Sequence record: ON568341.1
Strand: one strand, 5' to 3'
Length of the DNA stretch: 64,000 nt
From: Escherichia phage UE-S1
Shown here: positions 38,899 to 55,767 of the stretch, piece by piece
Layout: every line of letters starts with the position of its first letter
Position numbering within the stretch: the first letter of the stretch is position 1
Translations under genes and position numbers: made by a program
The notes under the pieces: generated by a model
Databases searched by the model: none
What the model was told of the DNA's origin: nothing
Seen by the model: the letters and a program-made list of their open reading frames with translations, nothing else

Positions 38899-39498
38899 TT
38901 ATAGTTGAACTGGAAGAGCAGCACGTACTTTAATAGCTACAGCAGTAGATGCACCTGCATCACCAACACCATCAGTTCCTTGACTTACGAAAGTTTTAGT
39001 ACGAAAAACTTTAGCTTGTGCAATAGATTTAGCTAGGTCAACAGTTGGATCAACTGGAGCAGGACATGCAGAACCTGGACGAACTTCTTGTTTATTAAAT
39101 ACGTCTTGACGTTCACAGATGAAAGTCAATGCAACAGAGTTAGCACCACCTTTAACATCAGTACCGCTAGTACCAAATGCAACTACGTTTGGGTTAGCAT
39201 TTTTAAAATCTTCAGGAATAACAACTTCTGCATCAAGAGCAAGTAGTGAAGTCGTTACAAGAACAGCACGTTGCTGTAGTAGTTGAGTAACCATGAATAG
39301 GTTATATTGTGCATTGCTTAGTGCAGTTTGATATGCATCAGCTTGAGCATCAGAACCATCGGACACAACTTTAGTAGTACCGATTTCAACATCAGTTGGT
39401 AGGTCGATTACGATGGTTACAAAACCGTTGTTGCCACCCCACCATTCACGTGCAACACCAGACATACCATAGTTACGGTTAAAAGAATTAAGACTCAT
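38899..39498 (-). CDS. Late structural protein, paralog B (199 aa); tail-tube-fold candidate
   Basis: See paralog A; strong RBS (AAGGAGAT on minus strand). Confidence 0.4.
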   Translation of the reverse strand: MSLNSFNRNYGMSGVAREWWGGNNGFVTIVIDLPTDVEIGTTKVVSDGSDAQADAYQTALSNAQYNLFMVTQLLQQRAVLVTTSLLALDAEVVIPEDFKNANPNVVAFGTSGTDVKGGANSVALTFICERQDVFNKQEVRPGSACPAPVDPTVDLAKSIAQAKVFRTKTFVSQGTDGVGDAGASTAVAIKVRAALPVQL

Positions 39499-39621
39499 GA
39501 AAATCTCCTTGTCGAATTTTGTGCAGGTTCATCCTGCTTAAAGTTATTTATCAAAAAATATTCCTAGCATTTAAATTTACTGGAATAATTAATGAATTTC
39601 TATGATATTATTTATCAAAAA

Positions 39622-45897
<6,276 letters not shown>

Positions 45898-45943
45898 GAT
45901 GTTTGTCAAGGTGATGAGCCTTGACAAACAGAGTTAAAAAATA

Positions 45944-45972
45944 TGGGACAGTATAAAAACCTGTGCTATAAT
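45944..45972 (+). promoter_or_regulatory. Promoter (TGGGACAGT…TGTGCTATAAT) for gp32
   Basis: Extended -10 at 45962-45972; long A-rich leader to ATG 46061. Confidence 0.5.
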
Positions 45973-46060
45973 GTAAAACGTTGAAGGAACAATTAAGTTT
46001 CTGAAACATTGAAGCCAATTAACAAATAACAAAGAAACCCCAATATCAAGGAAGAAATAT

Positions 46061-47113
46061 ATGAAATCTCTAGCTGAAATTCGTGCACACCTAAAAGCAG
46101 AACAAGAAAAAGCAGAAGCTCAAAAGAATGGTACATTTACTGGCGAGCGTAAAGCTGATTCGTTCTTAGCTTTCTGGAACGTACCTTATAACGAACCACT
46201 AAACCTACGTTTTCTACCAGATGCAGATGAGTCTAACCCATTCTTCTGGCGTGAACGTGACATGATTAACCTAACTTTCAATGGTGTAGTCGGTATGCAC
46301 ACTGATAAAGTTACCGTTCAAGTGCCTTGTAATGAAATGTGGGTTCCTAAATCTTGTCCGGTACTGAAAGAAGTACGTCAATGGTTCCAAAGTGCGAATG
46401 AAACAGGGAATGAAGAGCTAAAAGCAATGGCTGGTCGTTACTGGAAGAAGAAAACCTATCTAATGCAATGTTTTATTGCCCCTGATAGTGTTGCAGTAAA
46501 AGACGACATTGCACCAGAAAATCCAATTCGTCGAATTCTGGCTAACAAAGATATCTTTGATAAAGTTAAATCTATCCTACTAAACCCAGGTATCAAAGAA
46601 TCACCAACTCACTACGTTCAAGGTCGTGATTTTGGTATTGTTAAAACTAAGAATGGTGGTGGTTATAATAGCTATGACATGTCACAATTCTCCATGTCAG
46701 AACGCCCACTCAACGAAGAAGAACTTGCAGCAATTGAAAAATATGGTCTATTCAATCTAAATGATTTTATGCCAAAACAACCAACTCCAGAAGAGTTAAA
46801 AGCAATTGAAGAAATGTTTGAAGCATCTGTAAATGGTGAAGCATATGATCCAGCACGTTGGGCATTTGCATATCGTCCAGCAGGTGTACCAAAACCTAAT
46901 ACTGGAACTGTTGCTGAATCAAAACCAACTCCTGCTCCAGCACAACAAGAGTCAGTACCTGCATCAGTAGCACCTACTGCACCAGTTACACCAGCACCAC
47001 AAGCTGCTCCAGTAACTCCAGCAGCTACTCCAGCAGTAACCACTCCTGAAGCACCAAAAGAACAACTATCTGCATCTGCACTAGTTGCTCGTTTGAAACA
47101 ACAAGGTAAATAA
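46061..47113 (+). CDS. Single-stranded DNA-binding protein, gp32-like (350 aa)
   Basis: LRFLPDADESNPFF block resembles the gp32 core (IRFLP…PF in T4 as recalled); position before uvsX; Pro/Ala-rich C-terminal tail. Confidence 0.65.
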   Translation: MKSLAEIRAHLKAEQEKAEAQKNGTFTGERKADSFLAFWNVPYNEPLNLRFLPDADESNPFFWRERDMINLTFNGVVGMHTDKVTVQVPCNEMWVPKSCPVLKEVRQWFQSANETGNEELKAMAGRYWKKKTYLMQCFIAPDSVAVKDDIAPENPIRRILANKDIFDKVKSILLNPGIKESPTHYVQGRDFGIVKTKNGGGYNSYDMSQFSMSERPLNEEELAAIEKYGLFNLNDFMPKQPTPEELKAIEEMFEASVNGEAYDPARWAFAYRPAGVPKPNTGTVAESKPTPAPAQQESVPASVAPTAPVTPAPQAAPVTPAATPAVTTPEAPKEQLSASALVARLKQQGK

Positions 47114-47131
47114 TAGTTTTTGAAAAGGTAA

Positions 47132-47160
47132 GGGGCAACAGAGTTTGCCCCGTTTTATTT
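47132..47160 (+). terminator. Rho-independent terminator after gp32
   Basis: ggggcaa-cagagt-ttgcccc followed by gttttattt. Confidence 0.65.
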
Positions 47161-47181
47161 CATGAAATTCAAGGAGCGAAT

Positions 47182-48301
47182 TATGAAAATGACAAGTGGT
47201 TTTGCGAACATTCTTAAAAACAGTACTGGTAGTGTTAAAAAGAATACTGGTGTTAGTGTTGGTTTTCATGATCCAGATACATGGGTTAGCACTGGTAACT
47301 ATGCACTAAACTATCGTATCAGTGGATATTTTGACCGTGGTATCCCACTAGGAAAAGTAACTATGTTTGCTGGTGAATCAGGTAGTGGTAAATCTTTTAT
47401 CGTATCTGGTAACATTGCACGTGAAGCTCAAAAACAAGGCATCTTTGTTGTTATGATTGACACAGAGAACGCATTGGATTCTGATTGGCTTCAAGCACTT
47501 GGTGTTGACACTTCTGAAGATAAACTGTTGAAAGTCAATATGGGTATGATTGGTGACGTTGCAAAATTCACCTATGAGTTCATTGAAGGCTATCGTAAAG
47601 AATACGAAAATACACCTAAAGATGAACGTCAAAAAGTATTGTTTATTATTGATTCAATTGGTATGCTAAACACTGAAGTAGCCAATGATCAAATGAAAGC
47701 GGGTAATCTTAAAGGTGATATGGGTCATAAACCCAAACAGCTTAAAGCATATATCACAAACTGTGTAAACTCTATTGGTTCATTGAACATTGGCATGGTT
47801 TGTGTGAACCATTCATACGAATCTCAGGACATGTTTAACCCAGATCCTAAAGTTTCAGGTGGTAGTGGTTTGATTTATGCTTCATCTATGGTTATCGCAA
47901 TGGGTAAATTAAAACTTAAAGAAGATGAAGATGGAAATAAAACTTCCGAAGTAAATGGTATTCGTGCTAAATGTAAAGTCATGAAGACTCGTTACAACAA
48001 GCCGTTCGAAGATGTAGAAATTAAAATTCCTTGGGATAAAGGTATGGACCCACGTAGTGGTCTACTAGATATGTTTGAAAAATACGGTCTAATCACTAAA
48101 TCAGGTAACCGTCTATTGTATGTTGATATTGTAACTGGCGAACAGATTCTAAAATATCGCAAAGAGTGGATGCGTAATGAAGATTCATGTCTTGATTTGG
48201 TAATGCATCAATTTAAAAATCATCCTTTGATTGAAGAAGTTAAAGAAGAAGAAAAAGGTGATGAAACTTTTGGTACTGATGTTGATATTAGTGAGGAATA
48301 A
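47182..48301 (+). CDS. uvsX: UvsX recombinase (RecA-like)
   Basis: Walker A GESGSGKS; blocks FIIDSIG, VCVNHSYESQDMF, DPRSGLLDMFEKYGL match T4 UvsX as recalled; RBS AAGGAG before ATG 47182. Confidence 0.9.
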
Positions 48302-48762
48302 TGAAACCTTGGCATTGGATTATCAAAGATGATAAATCTAAAATTATTGAAATGATTGAGTTCTTTAACAAAGAAATTGAAGAGGCTCGTTGTGAAGTAA
48401 AGAAGATTGGCATCATTGAAAAAATTGCTCAAGAGATTCCTGGCTGGCATGAGACGCGTCTAAGCCAGCTTCAAGAACTTGAAGCAGTATTGGAAATGTT
48501 AGAAATTGAAATGCGTCAGATACAAGCCGAGAAGTTCAAATACTTTCTCGAAGGATACCGCCGTGCACTATCTTCATCTGACTGTAAAAAGTATGTTGAG
48601 GGTGATAAAGATGTTTGTGAGTTAGCAGAACTTATAAACGAGGTATCTTATATAAGAAATACATATTCCAGTATTGTTAAATCCTTAGAGATGAAAGCTT
48701 TTCAGTTAAACAATATTGTGAGACTACGTGCCGCTGGTATTGAAGATAGCCGACTTGACTAA
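48301..48762 (+). CDS. Hypothetical protein (153 aa)
   Basis: TAATG-coupled to uvsX. Confidence 0.4.
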   Translation: MKPWHWIIKDDKSKIIEMIEFFNKEIEEARCEVKKIGIIEKIAQEIPGWHETRLSQLQELEAVLEMLEIEMRQIQAEKFKYFLEGYRRALSSSDCKKYVEGDKDVCELAELINEVSYIRNTYSSIVKSLEMKAFQLNNIVRLRAAGIEDSRLD

Positions 48763-48778
48763 TATAAATTAAATAAAA

Positions 48779-48805
48779 GACAGTTTAAATAAAACTGTCT
48801 TTTTT
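48779..48805 (+). terminator. Rho-independent terminator
   Basis: agacagtt-taaata-aactgtct followed by T5. Confidence 0.65.
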
Positions 48806-48821
48806 GTTAGGTAATACGGTT

Positions 48822-49541
48822 ATGGGTGCAAATAATAAAAAGCAAACAACAGAACAATTTATAGAAAAATCAAAATCAATTTATGGTGATATATTCTTAT
48901 ATGATAAAACAGTATATGTGAATGTAAATTCAAAAGTTATTGTAACTTGTAAAATACATGGTGATTATGAGCAATTTGTTAAAGTCCATTACAACGGTGC
49001 TGGATGTACTAAATGTTCAAGACGCTCCAAACATACAACTGAAACCTTCATTGAGGAAGCTAATAAAATACATAATGATAGATATAACTATGATAAAGTT
49101 GTATATGGCAAAAACAACAAGCAAAAACTCACTATAACTTGTAAAATACATGGTGATTTTTTACAAAGAGCAAATGATCATTTATCAGGAAAGGGTTGTA
49201 TTAAATGTGCAATATCTAATAAAATGTCCAAGGCAGTTAAAGACATACGTGACGTTTTGGATATGAAAAATGTATCGTATGAAATGGAAAAAACGTTTGA
49301 TGATTGTAAAAATATACTTCCTTTGAGATTTGATTTTTATCTTCCAACGTTTAATATGTGTATTGAATACGATGGTCTTCAACATTTTGAATCATGTGGT
49401 TGGGGCGGTGAAGAAAAACTAAAACTAACTCAGAAAAATGATAAAATAAAGAATGATTATTGTATTCAAAATAATATTAAATTGTTGAGAATAAAATACG
49501 ATGAAGATCATATTAAAATTGTTCTAGAAAATATATCATAA
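48822..49541 (+). CDS. Homing-endonuclease-like protein: duplicated Cys/His zinc-ribbon-like module plus PD-(D/E)XK/Vsr-like core
   Basis: Two repeats of CKIHGD…GxGCxKC; core LRFDFYLPTFNMCIEYDGLQHFE resembling the cores of the two large HE-like paralogs. Confidence 0.4.
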   Translation: MGANNKKQTTEQFIEKSKSIYGDIFLYDKTVYVNVNSKVIVTCKIHGDYEQFVKVHYNGAGCTKCSRRSKHTTETFIEEANKIHNDRYNYDKVVYGKNNKQKLTITCKIHGDFLQRANDHLSGKGCIKCAISNKMSKAVKDIRDVLDMKNVSYEMEKTFDDCKNILPLRFDFYLPTFNMCIEYDGLQHFESCGWGGEEKLKLTQKNDKIKNDYCIQNNIKLLRIKYDEDHIKIVLENIS

Positions 49542-49563
49542 GGACGCATATCGCGTCCTTTTT
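49541..49563 (+). terminator. Rho-independent terminator
   Basis: aggacgc-atatc-gcgtcct followed by T4. Confidence 0.6.
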
Positions 49564-49581
49564 CTATGTGAGATTAAAAAA

Positions 49582-50400
49582 ATGACAAAATTAAATGAAT
49601 TCTTATCAAATATAGCAGTTCTTGATACTGAAACCACTGGTGTTGAAAGTGATGATGATATTATTGAATTTAGTATCTCATATCCATATACTTCACATGA
49701 AAACATTGATACTATTGATAACTATACATTGCGATATAAACCACTGAAAGATATTCCACCAGAAGCATCGGCTGTTCACTTTATCAGTACTGAGGATGTA
49801 GCTAATTGTGTTGGGTATAAAGATGATTTAGATAACATAGATGCACTTATGGGATGCCGTAAGTATTTTGTTGGTCATAATGTACAATTTGACCGTAGAA
49901 TGATGGTAGATAATGAATATAAATATCGTAACTCAGTTTCACAGTACTTACTCGATGAAGATAAATGGATTTGTACTCTTCGTTTGGCTAAGAAAATGTT
50001 TGCAGAAGATACCGAATATAAAAACTTAACTCTAAGTTATTTGTGGTATAAGTTTGGATGCCATCGAGATGTTCACAGACCTATTAATGCTCACGCGGCA
50101 AAAGATGATGTATTCATGTGTTATCAGGTTCTAATCAAATTGGTTGAAATTGCCATCGAACGTGGTCATATTGATTCCAATGGGGATATTGGTGAACAAA
50201 TAGTAGCTTTTTGTAACACCCCAATGCGTTATCAATTCATGCCATTTGGTAAACATAAAGGTGAGCCAATGAATACAGTACCATTGAATTACATTGAATG
50301 GATGATCACTAATAGTGACATTTTAGATGCAAGTAACCCTAACTGTGATAAAGATTTAGTATATACATTTGAGTACGAATATAATACTCGAACTAATTAA
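49582..50400 (+). CDS. DnaQ-like 3'-5' exonuclease (DEDDh; DexA-like)
   Basis: Exo I VLDTETTG, Exo II FVGHNVQFDRRM, Exo III HRPINAHAAKDD. Confidence 0.7.
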   Translation: MTKLNEFLSNIAVLDTETTGVESDDDIIEFSISYPYTSHENIDTIDNYTLRYKPLKDIPPEASAVHFISTEDVANCVGYKDDLDNIDALMGCRKYFVGHNVQFDRRMMVDNEYKYRNSVSQYLLDEDKWICTLRLAKKMFAEDTEYKNLTLSYLWYKFGCHRDVHRPINAHAAKDDVFMCYQVLIKLVEIAIERGHIDSNGDIGEQIVAFCNTPMRYQFMPFGKHKGEPMNTVPLNYIEWMITNSDILDASNPNCDKDLVYTFEYEYNTRTN

Positions 50401-50415
50401 TAAAGGTAATCATGG

Positions 50416-51900
50416 ATGAAAACTTGTAAGTTAACCTTATTGGATGAGGTGAATTGTAAATTTGAGGGACTTGATCCCTCAATTAGACAAAAGATGATTC
50501 GTGCAACTGAATATGTGTTACCATATGCAAAGTTCACACCAGCAGGACGTATTGGACGTTGGGATGGTAAAGTTCAGTTTATGAATTTAGGTGGAACAAC
50601 TTATTATCATATGTTAGATAAGTTATTGCCTATTCTTGATGAAGCTAAGATTGACATTGAATTGGTAGATCATAGGGTAGATTATGGATTTAAATTTGAC
50701 CCTATTGATGAAGATATTTTTAGTGATGTTGTATTCGGTGCAGGACACCACATGGAAGGTAAATCCATAAAACTACGTGAACATCAAGTTAATGCGGTTA
50801 ATGCATGTTTGGCTAATCCACACGGATTACTATTGGCAGCTACTGGTGCAGGTAAAACACTCATTACTGCTGCATTGTCAAAGAAAGTGCAAGAGTATGG
50901 ACGTTCTGTTATAATAGTACCAAGTACTGACTTAGTACAACAAACATATGATGACTATATTATGTGTGGGTTGGATACTGGTATGTTCTATGGTTCACAA
51001 AAAGATTTTGGTCACCAACATACTATTACAACGTGGCAATCATTTAACTCTCTATGGAAGAAAACCAAGAAAGGTGAAATTGAATTAACTGAACAAGATG
51101 TTAATGATTTTATCGATGGAGTAGTTTGTGTTATCGTTGATGAGTGTCAAGGTGCAGGTGGTGACGCATTAGTTCAAGTACTATCTAAAGTTATGAACAA
51201 CGTACCATTACGTTGGGGTCTTACTGGTACAATTCCGAAAGATCCGGTTGTCGCCGCAAAAATCAAATGTAATGTTGGTGATGTTATATTTAAAATAACT
51301 GCAAAGGAATTACAAGATAAACAGATACTAAGTACATGTAATGTAAATTGCATAAAACTAAAAAGTAGTATGAAGTTTGCATCATATGCTGAAGAGTTGA
51401 AATACTTAGTAACTGACAGAGATAGAATGGCATATGTAGCATCATTGATATCTGCGTTATCTGAATCAGGAAACACTTTAGTTTTAGTAGATAGGCTTGA
51501 AGCGGGTGAGTTGTTATGTGAATTTTTAGGTATTCCCAAATCAGAATTTGTTCGTGGAGAAACTAAAAAGAAAGATCGAGAATCATCATATGGTGAAATT
51601 CGTTGGGCTGATAATAAAATACTTATTGCGACATACGGTGTTGCCAGTACTGGTATCAGTATTTCAAGGTTATACAATGTAGTATTGATTGAGCCAGGAA
51701 AAAGTTTTGTAAGAACTATACAATCAATCGGACGTGGATTACGCCGAGCAGAAGATAAAGACCATGTGGAAATATATGATATTAGTGGTTCTAATAAGTA
51801 TAGTGCAAAACATTTACGTGAACGTTTAGCATATTATAAGGAAGCACAATATCCGCATAGTATAATAGATGTTAAAGATTGGGAAAACACAGCGGGATAA
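50416..51900 (+). CDS. uvsW: UvsW-like SF2 DNA helicase
   Basis: Walker A LLAATGAGKT, DExQ-type VIVDECQ, C-terminal ATYGVASTGISISRLYNVVLIEPGKS…IGRGLRR matching T4 UvsW as recalled. Confidence 0.85.
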   Translation: MKTCKLTLLDEVNCKFEGLDPSIRQKMIRATEYVLPYAKFTPAGRIGRWDGKVQFMNLGGTTYYHMLDKLLPILDEAKIDIELVDHRVDYGFKFDPIDEDIFSDVVFGAGHHMEGKSIKLREHQVNAVNACLANPHGLLLAATGAGKTLITAALSKKVQEYGRSVIIVPSTDLVQQTYDDYIMCGLDTGMFYGSQKDFGHQHTITTWQSFNSLWKKTKKGEIELTEQDVNDFIDGVVCVIVDECQGAGGDALVQVLSKVMNNVPLRWGLTGTIPKDPVVAAKIKCNVGDVIFKITAKELQDKQILSTCNVNCIKLKSSMKFASYAEELKYLVTDRDRMAYVASLISALSESGNTLVLVDRLEAGELLCEFLGIPKSEFVRGETKKKDRESSYGEIRWADNKILIATYGVASTGISISRLYNVVLIEPGKSFVRTIQSIGRGLRRAEDKDHVEIYDISGSNKYSAKHLRERLAYYKEAQYPHSIIDVKDWENTAG

Positions 51901-51921
51901 ACCCGCTGTTTGTGATATAAT
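51892..51921 (+). promoter_or_regulatory. Candidate promoter (GCGGGATAA-N15-TATAAT); upstream box lies inside the UvsW terminator hairpin
   Basis: Hairpin acagcggg-ataaa-cccgctgt at 51889-51909 overlaps the box, so promoter status is uncertain. Confidence 0.3.
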
Positions 51922-51955
51922 GTGTCATATGTAAACAACAAGGATGTGGAATAAA

Positions 51956-52384
51956 ATGGAATTGAGATCTAGTATTGCTTTTGTCTGTGACCAAGAAACG
52001 TTAGAGGTTATGGATGTATTGTTGAATGATGATGGTATTATGGATGACATGGTGTCTTCTCTTGACTATATTCCTGAACTAGAAACGGATGATACTAACG
52101 TATGGAGATGTAACATTGATGGCGATTCGTGGATTAATATCTATGAATTACAAACACGAATTGATTCTAAGGTTGAATCATTGAAATATGATATCATCTA
52201 TGCAAGTACTGATACAAAAACTTTTATTGATGTAGTAAGTCTAAGTGGTAATTTTGATTCATATCTTGATACTGATGTGGATAAAATTCAAGAGATGTGT
52301 GATACATACGGACTTGAATTTTATGGTGCAGAAGATTTGGATGACGAAGACTATTACGATGATGAAGAAGAATCACAGTACTAA
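51956..52384 (+). CDS. Hypothetical acidic protein
   Basis: ORF; Asp/Glu-rich C-terminus. Confidence 0.4.
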   Translation: MELRSSIAFVCDQETLEVMDVLLNDDGIMDDMVSSLDYIPELETDDTNVWRCNIDGDSWINIYELQTRIDSKVESLKYDIIYASTDTKTFIDVVSLSGNFDSYLDTDVDKIQEMCDTYGLEFYGAEDLDDEDYYDDEEESQY

Positions 52385-52393
52385 GGAGACGAT

Positions 52394-52891
52394 ATGAACG
52401 TATTAACACCAGAAAATACATCTTTTGATATGGATTTAGTAACAGAACATATCCCTGAAGAAATGTATTGTGTTTTGGATTTAAGTCCAAATGGTGAATC
52501 TGATTTTTATTTTAGACATATTCTAAACACCGTATCATTTAATAGTATTAGTGCTGATCTTCAAATTGGTGAAAAGATTATTCAAGTGCCTTTAGGATGG
52601 CAAATTATGTTAGGGGATGAAGAAACTGGTATGGTTGAGATGTGCACAATTGAAAACATTCTCAACATGAAAGAACCAAAAGCTTTTGTTTATAATCCTA
52701 TCCGTTCGATGTATCCTAAGTTTGAGCCAGTAAAAGTACTACGTGTATTTGCTTTAACAACTAAGTGGCAAATTCCAATGCTACCGAAAAAGAATTTACT
52801 CTGTGTGCCGTTACATAGTGGTGAAAATCCACCATGTGTGTACTTTGCAGATGAAAATGAAAAAATTCAAGATTTGTATCTAGGAGTATAA
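52394..52891 (+). CDS. Hypothetical protein (165 aa)
   Basis: ORF with RBS AAGGAGA. Confidence 0.4.
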   Translation: MNVLTPENTSFDMDLVTEHIPEEMYCVLDLSPNGESDFYFRHILNTVSFNSISADLQIGEKIIQVPLGWQIMLGDEETGMVEMCTIENILNMKEPKAFVYNPIRSMYPKFEPVKVLRVFALTTKWQIPMLPKKNLLCVPLHSGENPPCVYFADENEKIQDLYLGV

Positions 52892-52895
52892 AATA

Positions 52896-53738
52896 GTGTT
52901 TGATTTCAGTGATATTAAAAATAAGTCAGTCGATGATGATAAACCAACACAGCAGTCTTTTTCTATTGCTGAATTTCTAAAACATATTGACCGTGCTGAT
53001 TATAAGTTCTATAATGACATGACAGAAAAAGAACGAAAAGAGTTTACACCTTATACTGTTTTGCGATGGGTAAGCTCTTTGGATGATTCTCTTCAAGTTA
53101 CATATCCAAGTAGTAAAGTTGAAAAAGTATTTGGTAAATGGAAAGCTGGTGGTAAGGAAACATTAACTGAACTAGTAACTGAATTGAAGTCTTCTGGGAC
53201 TAATGTTTCATCAGTAACCAAGTACTGTCACGGTGACTATGATTGGCGTATTAAATTTGCGGTTCAATCTAAAGATGCCGCACAAAAATTAATATCATCA
53301 ATGACAGAATTTGGTGTAACTGGTTCGGAAATTGTGTCATTAGTAGATACTGAAGTTGTAAAATATCAACTTATTATGCTGAATGACATGGTTAATGATG
53401 GTTTTTGGGATATGAAAGAACATCCAGAATTAGTATATCAACTTATGTGCTCAGTGCATGATATGATTGGTGGACAAGAAATGCCCCGTAATTGGTTGAA
53501 TTTTTCTAAAAATTTCAAAAAAGCAAACAATGAACTATTTGAATTAATTAAAAGTTCACAACCTGATACTATTTCTACTCAAATGAATGAAGATGAATAT
53601 AAAATTGTTTTATTACAGTATGATAAAAAATCATTTGAAACATTTCTTGACAATAATGGTTTACAAGATAATGAAAAGAAATCTATGATGAAATTGTTTA
53701 AAGATGAATGTAAAAAATATGGCAAAGAAATCAAGTAA
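52896..53738 (+). CDS. Hypothetical protein (280 aa; GTG start)
   Basis: RBS AGGAG 9 nt before GTG 52896. Confidence 0.4.
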   Translation: MFDFSDIKNKSVDDDKPTQQSFSIAEFLKHIDRADYKFYNDMTEKERKEFTPYTVLRWVSSLDDSLQVTYPSSKVEKVFGKWKAGGKETLTELVTELKSSGTNVSSVTKYCHGDYDWRIKFAVQSKDAAQKLISSMTEFGVTGSEIVSLVDTEVVKYQLIMLNDMVNDGFWDMKEHPELVYQLMCSVHDMIGGQEMPRNWLNFSKNFKKANNELFELIKSSQPDTISTQMNEDEYKIVLLQYDKKSFETFLDNNGLQDNEKKSMMKLFKDECKKYGKEIK

Positions 53739-54429
53739 TAAAGTATACACCTGTAAATTTTGTGACCGTGAATTTAAACGAGAAGAAACTGTCAGCACAC
53801 ATAAATGTATAAAACGTGACCGATACGAAGACCGCCAAAGCCGCCAGATGATGGAGGCTTTTCGTATATATATGCAATTTATGGAATTGAATAAGTTCCC
53901 ATTTAAAAAAGGCGTGGAGCCTTTTATTGCTTTTATAAAATCGAAGTACTTTAATGATTTTTATAGTTTCGCAGAATACTATTTGAATAATAGAGATATT
54001 ATAAATGTGGACGAGTTTGTAAAGAACTTGATTATCACTAACAGACCAATTACTGAATGGAGTACGTATAAAGCAAAAGATGAATGGATATTAAAAACTA
54101 TTCGTGCAGAACATCCAAAAGAAGCTATTGCACGAAGTGTAATATCATTGGTTGAATGGGCTGAAAAGTTGAATGTACAATGGAACACTTTCTTTGAAAA
54201 TGTAAGTTCTGCTCGTGCAATTGCATGGATAGAGAGTGGTAAAATTTCACCGTGGATTATATGGCTTGCTCCTAAAAAAAGTACTAATAAGTTTTTTAAA
54301 AAACTATCAAACTCAGAAATTGAATATATACTTAAATACATCGATCCAAGTTATTTTGAAATAAAAACTATAAAATACAAAAAGGATTGTGATGAAATTA
54401 AGATTATGCTATGTGAGGCAGGATTATGA
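53704..54429 (+). CDS. C2H2-type zinc-finger protein (241 aa)
   Basis: YTCKFCDREFKREETVSTHKC near N-terminus. Confidence 0.4.
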   Translation: MNVKNMAKKSSNKVYTCKFCDREFKREETVSTHKCIKRDRYEDRQSRQMMEAFRIYMQFMELNKFPFKKGVEPFIAFIKSKYFNDFYSFAEYYLNNRDIINVDEFVKNLIITNRPITEWSTYKAKDEWILKTIRAEHPKEAIARSVISLVEWAEKLNVQWNTFFENVSSARAIAWIESGKISPWIIWLAPKKSTNKFFKKLSNSEIEYILKYIDPSYFEIKTIKYKKDCDEIKIMLCEAGL

Positions 54430-54755
54430 ATGGAAAAAGTATATATAACAAAATACCAGAAGGGTATGTACCTGTACCTAAAGAACAAAAATCAAAACAA
54501 ATATCTCTACTTAGACAAGGATCTATTACTGAAATAACACTAGATGGCAAAACATTTCAAGTTCACGATCCGGCTCGTGTTGAAAAAATAATTTCTTTAG
54601 TTGAAAGACATGAAGAGCGATTTTTTAGTTTGAGTCAGGAGTTAGCAAAGACAAAACAAAATTGTAAAATATTAGAGAAACAAATATCAACGTTAGTTAA
54701 TACAGTTAAACAGTTACAGGAGCAAATAAAAAATGCAGGATTTGACCGATTCTAA
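54426..54755 (+). CDS. Hypothetical coiled-coil protein (109 aa)
   Basis: ORF, start overlaps upstream stop. Confidence 0.35.
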   Translation: MNGKSIYNKIPEGYVPVPKEQKSKQISLLRQGSITEITLDGKTFQVHDPARVEKIISLVERHEERFFSLSQELAKTKQNCKILEKQISTLVNTVKQLQEQIKNAGFDRF

Positions 54756-55371
54756 ACATTATAGAAAGGCCCGAACTGATATTGACATTGACTTCAAGGA
54801 TAGTAAAAGTGTAATTGCAAAACTTCCTTGTGTACGAAGTACTGAAAAAATTACGGAGGATGGTTTAATCCCCCATAATAGTGGTGTTCATTTTGACAAT
54901 ATACCAACTGATCCAATTACTGGTTTGGCTAGTATACAATATAAAGAAGCTGAAAGGTTAGGATATCAAAAAGTTGATATTCTTTCACAGTCAGCTTACG
55001 TGTATGTTCGTGATAGAGAACATTTAAAAGAACTAATGAATCAGGAACCAAATTGGGATTTATTGTTAGAACCCGAAATAGTAGAGCATCTCTCGCAAAT
55101 TAAAAAACATGTAACATTGTTAAATGTATGGAAGCCTAAATCAATCGACGAACTGGCAATGTTTATTGCCATGATTCGCCCAGGAAAAAGGCAGTGCCAA
55201 AGTATGAACACATGGGACGAGGTAAAAGCCACCATATGGGACTACAGTACTATTGGCACGGACCAAGCAGGAAATAAATTACGATATTTCAAAAAGCCAC
55301 ATGCTTATGCATATAGCTTAATGATTGTTGTTCAACTAAATGCTTTAGTTGAACATCTTACTTCTTCTTAA
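54733..55371 (+). CDS. Hypothetical protein (212 aa)
   Basis: ORF. Confidence 0.35.
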   Translation: MQDLTDSKHYRKARTDIDIDFKDSKSVIAKLPCVRSTEKITEDGLIPHNSGVHFDNIPTDPITGLASIQYKEAERLGYQKVDILSQSAYVYVRDREHLKELMNQEPNWDLLLEPEIVEHLSQIKKHVTLLNVWKPKSIDELAMFIAMIRPGKRQCQSMNTWDEVKATIWDYSTIGTDQAGNKLRYFKKPHAYAYSLMIVVQLNALVEHLTSS

Positions 55372-55591
55372 GTGCCACATTACGACGTTTGATGCGTTTC
55401 TGTGGCAAATTGCTTAAAGAAACTACTGGACCACATACGAAATTCACCGATTGTGTATCGAATCTCTGTGTGTACGGTTCAAATTTCTCCATCTCTTCTT
55501 GAAAGAATAGACAAACTGGAATGGTTCTATTACTTTGCCACCACCAATCATGTGCTATACTTAACAATTCGTCTTGCATTGATTCATTCAT
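55358..55591 (-). CDS. Candidate small antisense-oriented protein with basic C-terminus (77 aa)
   Basis: Only sizeable ORF in the gap 55372-55767 apart from an overlapping plus-strand ORF of similar length; protein-like composition; low confidence. Confidence 0.2.
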   Translation of the reverse strand: MNESMQDELLSIAHDWWWQSNRTIPVCLFFQEEMEKFEPYTQRFDTQSVNFVCGPVVSLSNLPQKRIKRRNVALKKK

Positions 55592-55767
55592 ATCATCGAA
55601 ACAATAAAGAGTTGTATACTGTTTGCTTTTGATTTTGATGATACCAATAAACGTTTTACCATCATACTGGATTACAGTAATGAATGGTGGGATAGTGTTA
55701 TATGATTCATATTAGTTCCATAAATATTAGTATAAATTTATACCTATTATTTATGGAAGGAAAAACT

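Noticed and set aside
46672-47043. 123-aa Gly/Ala-rich minus-strand ORF
   Set aside because: Antisense shadow of the Pro/Ala-rich C-terminal tail of gp32; composition is an artefact of the complementary codons.
51174-51677. 167-aa minus-strand ORF
   Set aside because: Antisense to the well-supported UvsW helicase gene.
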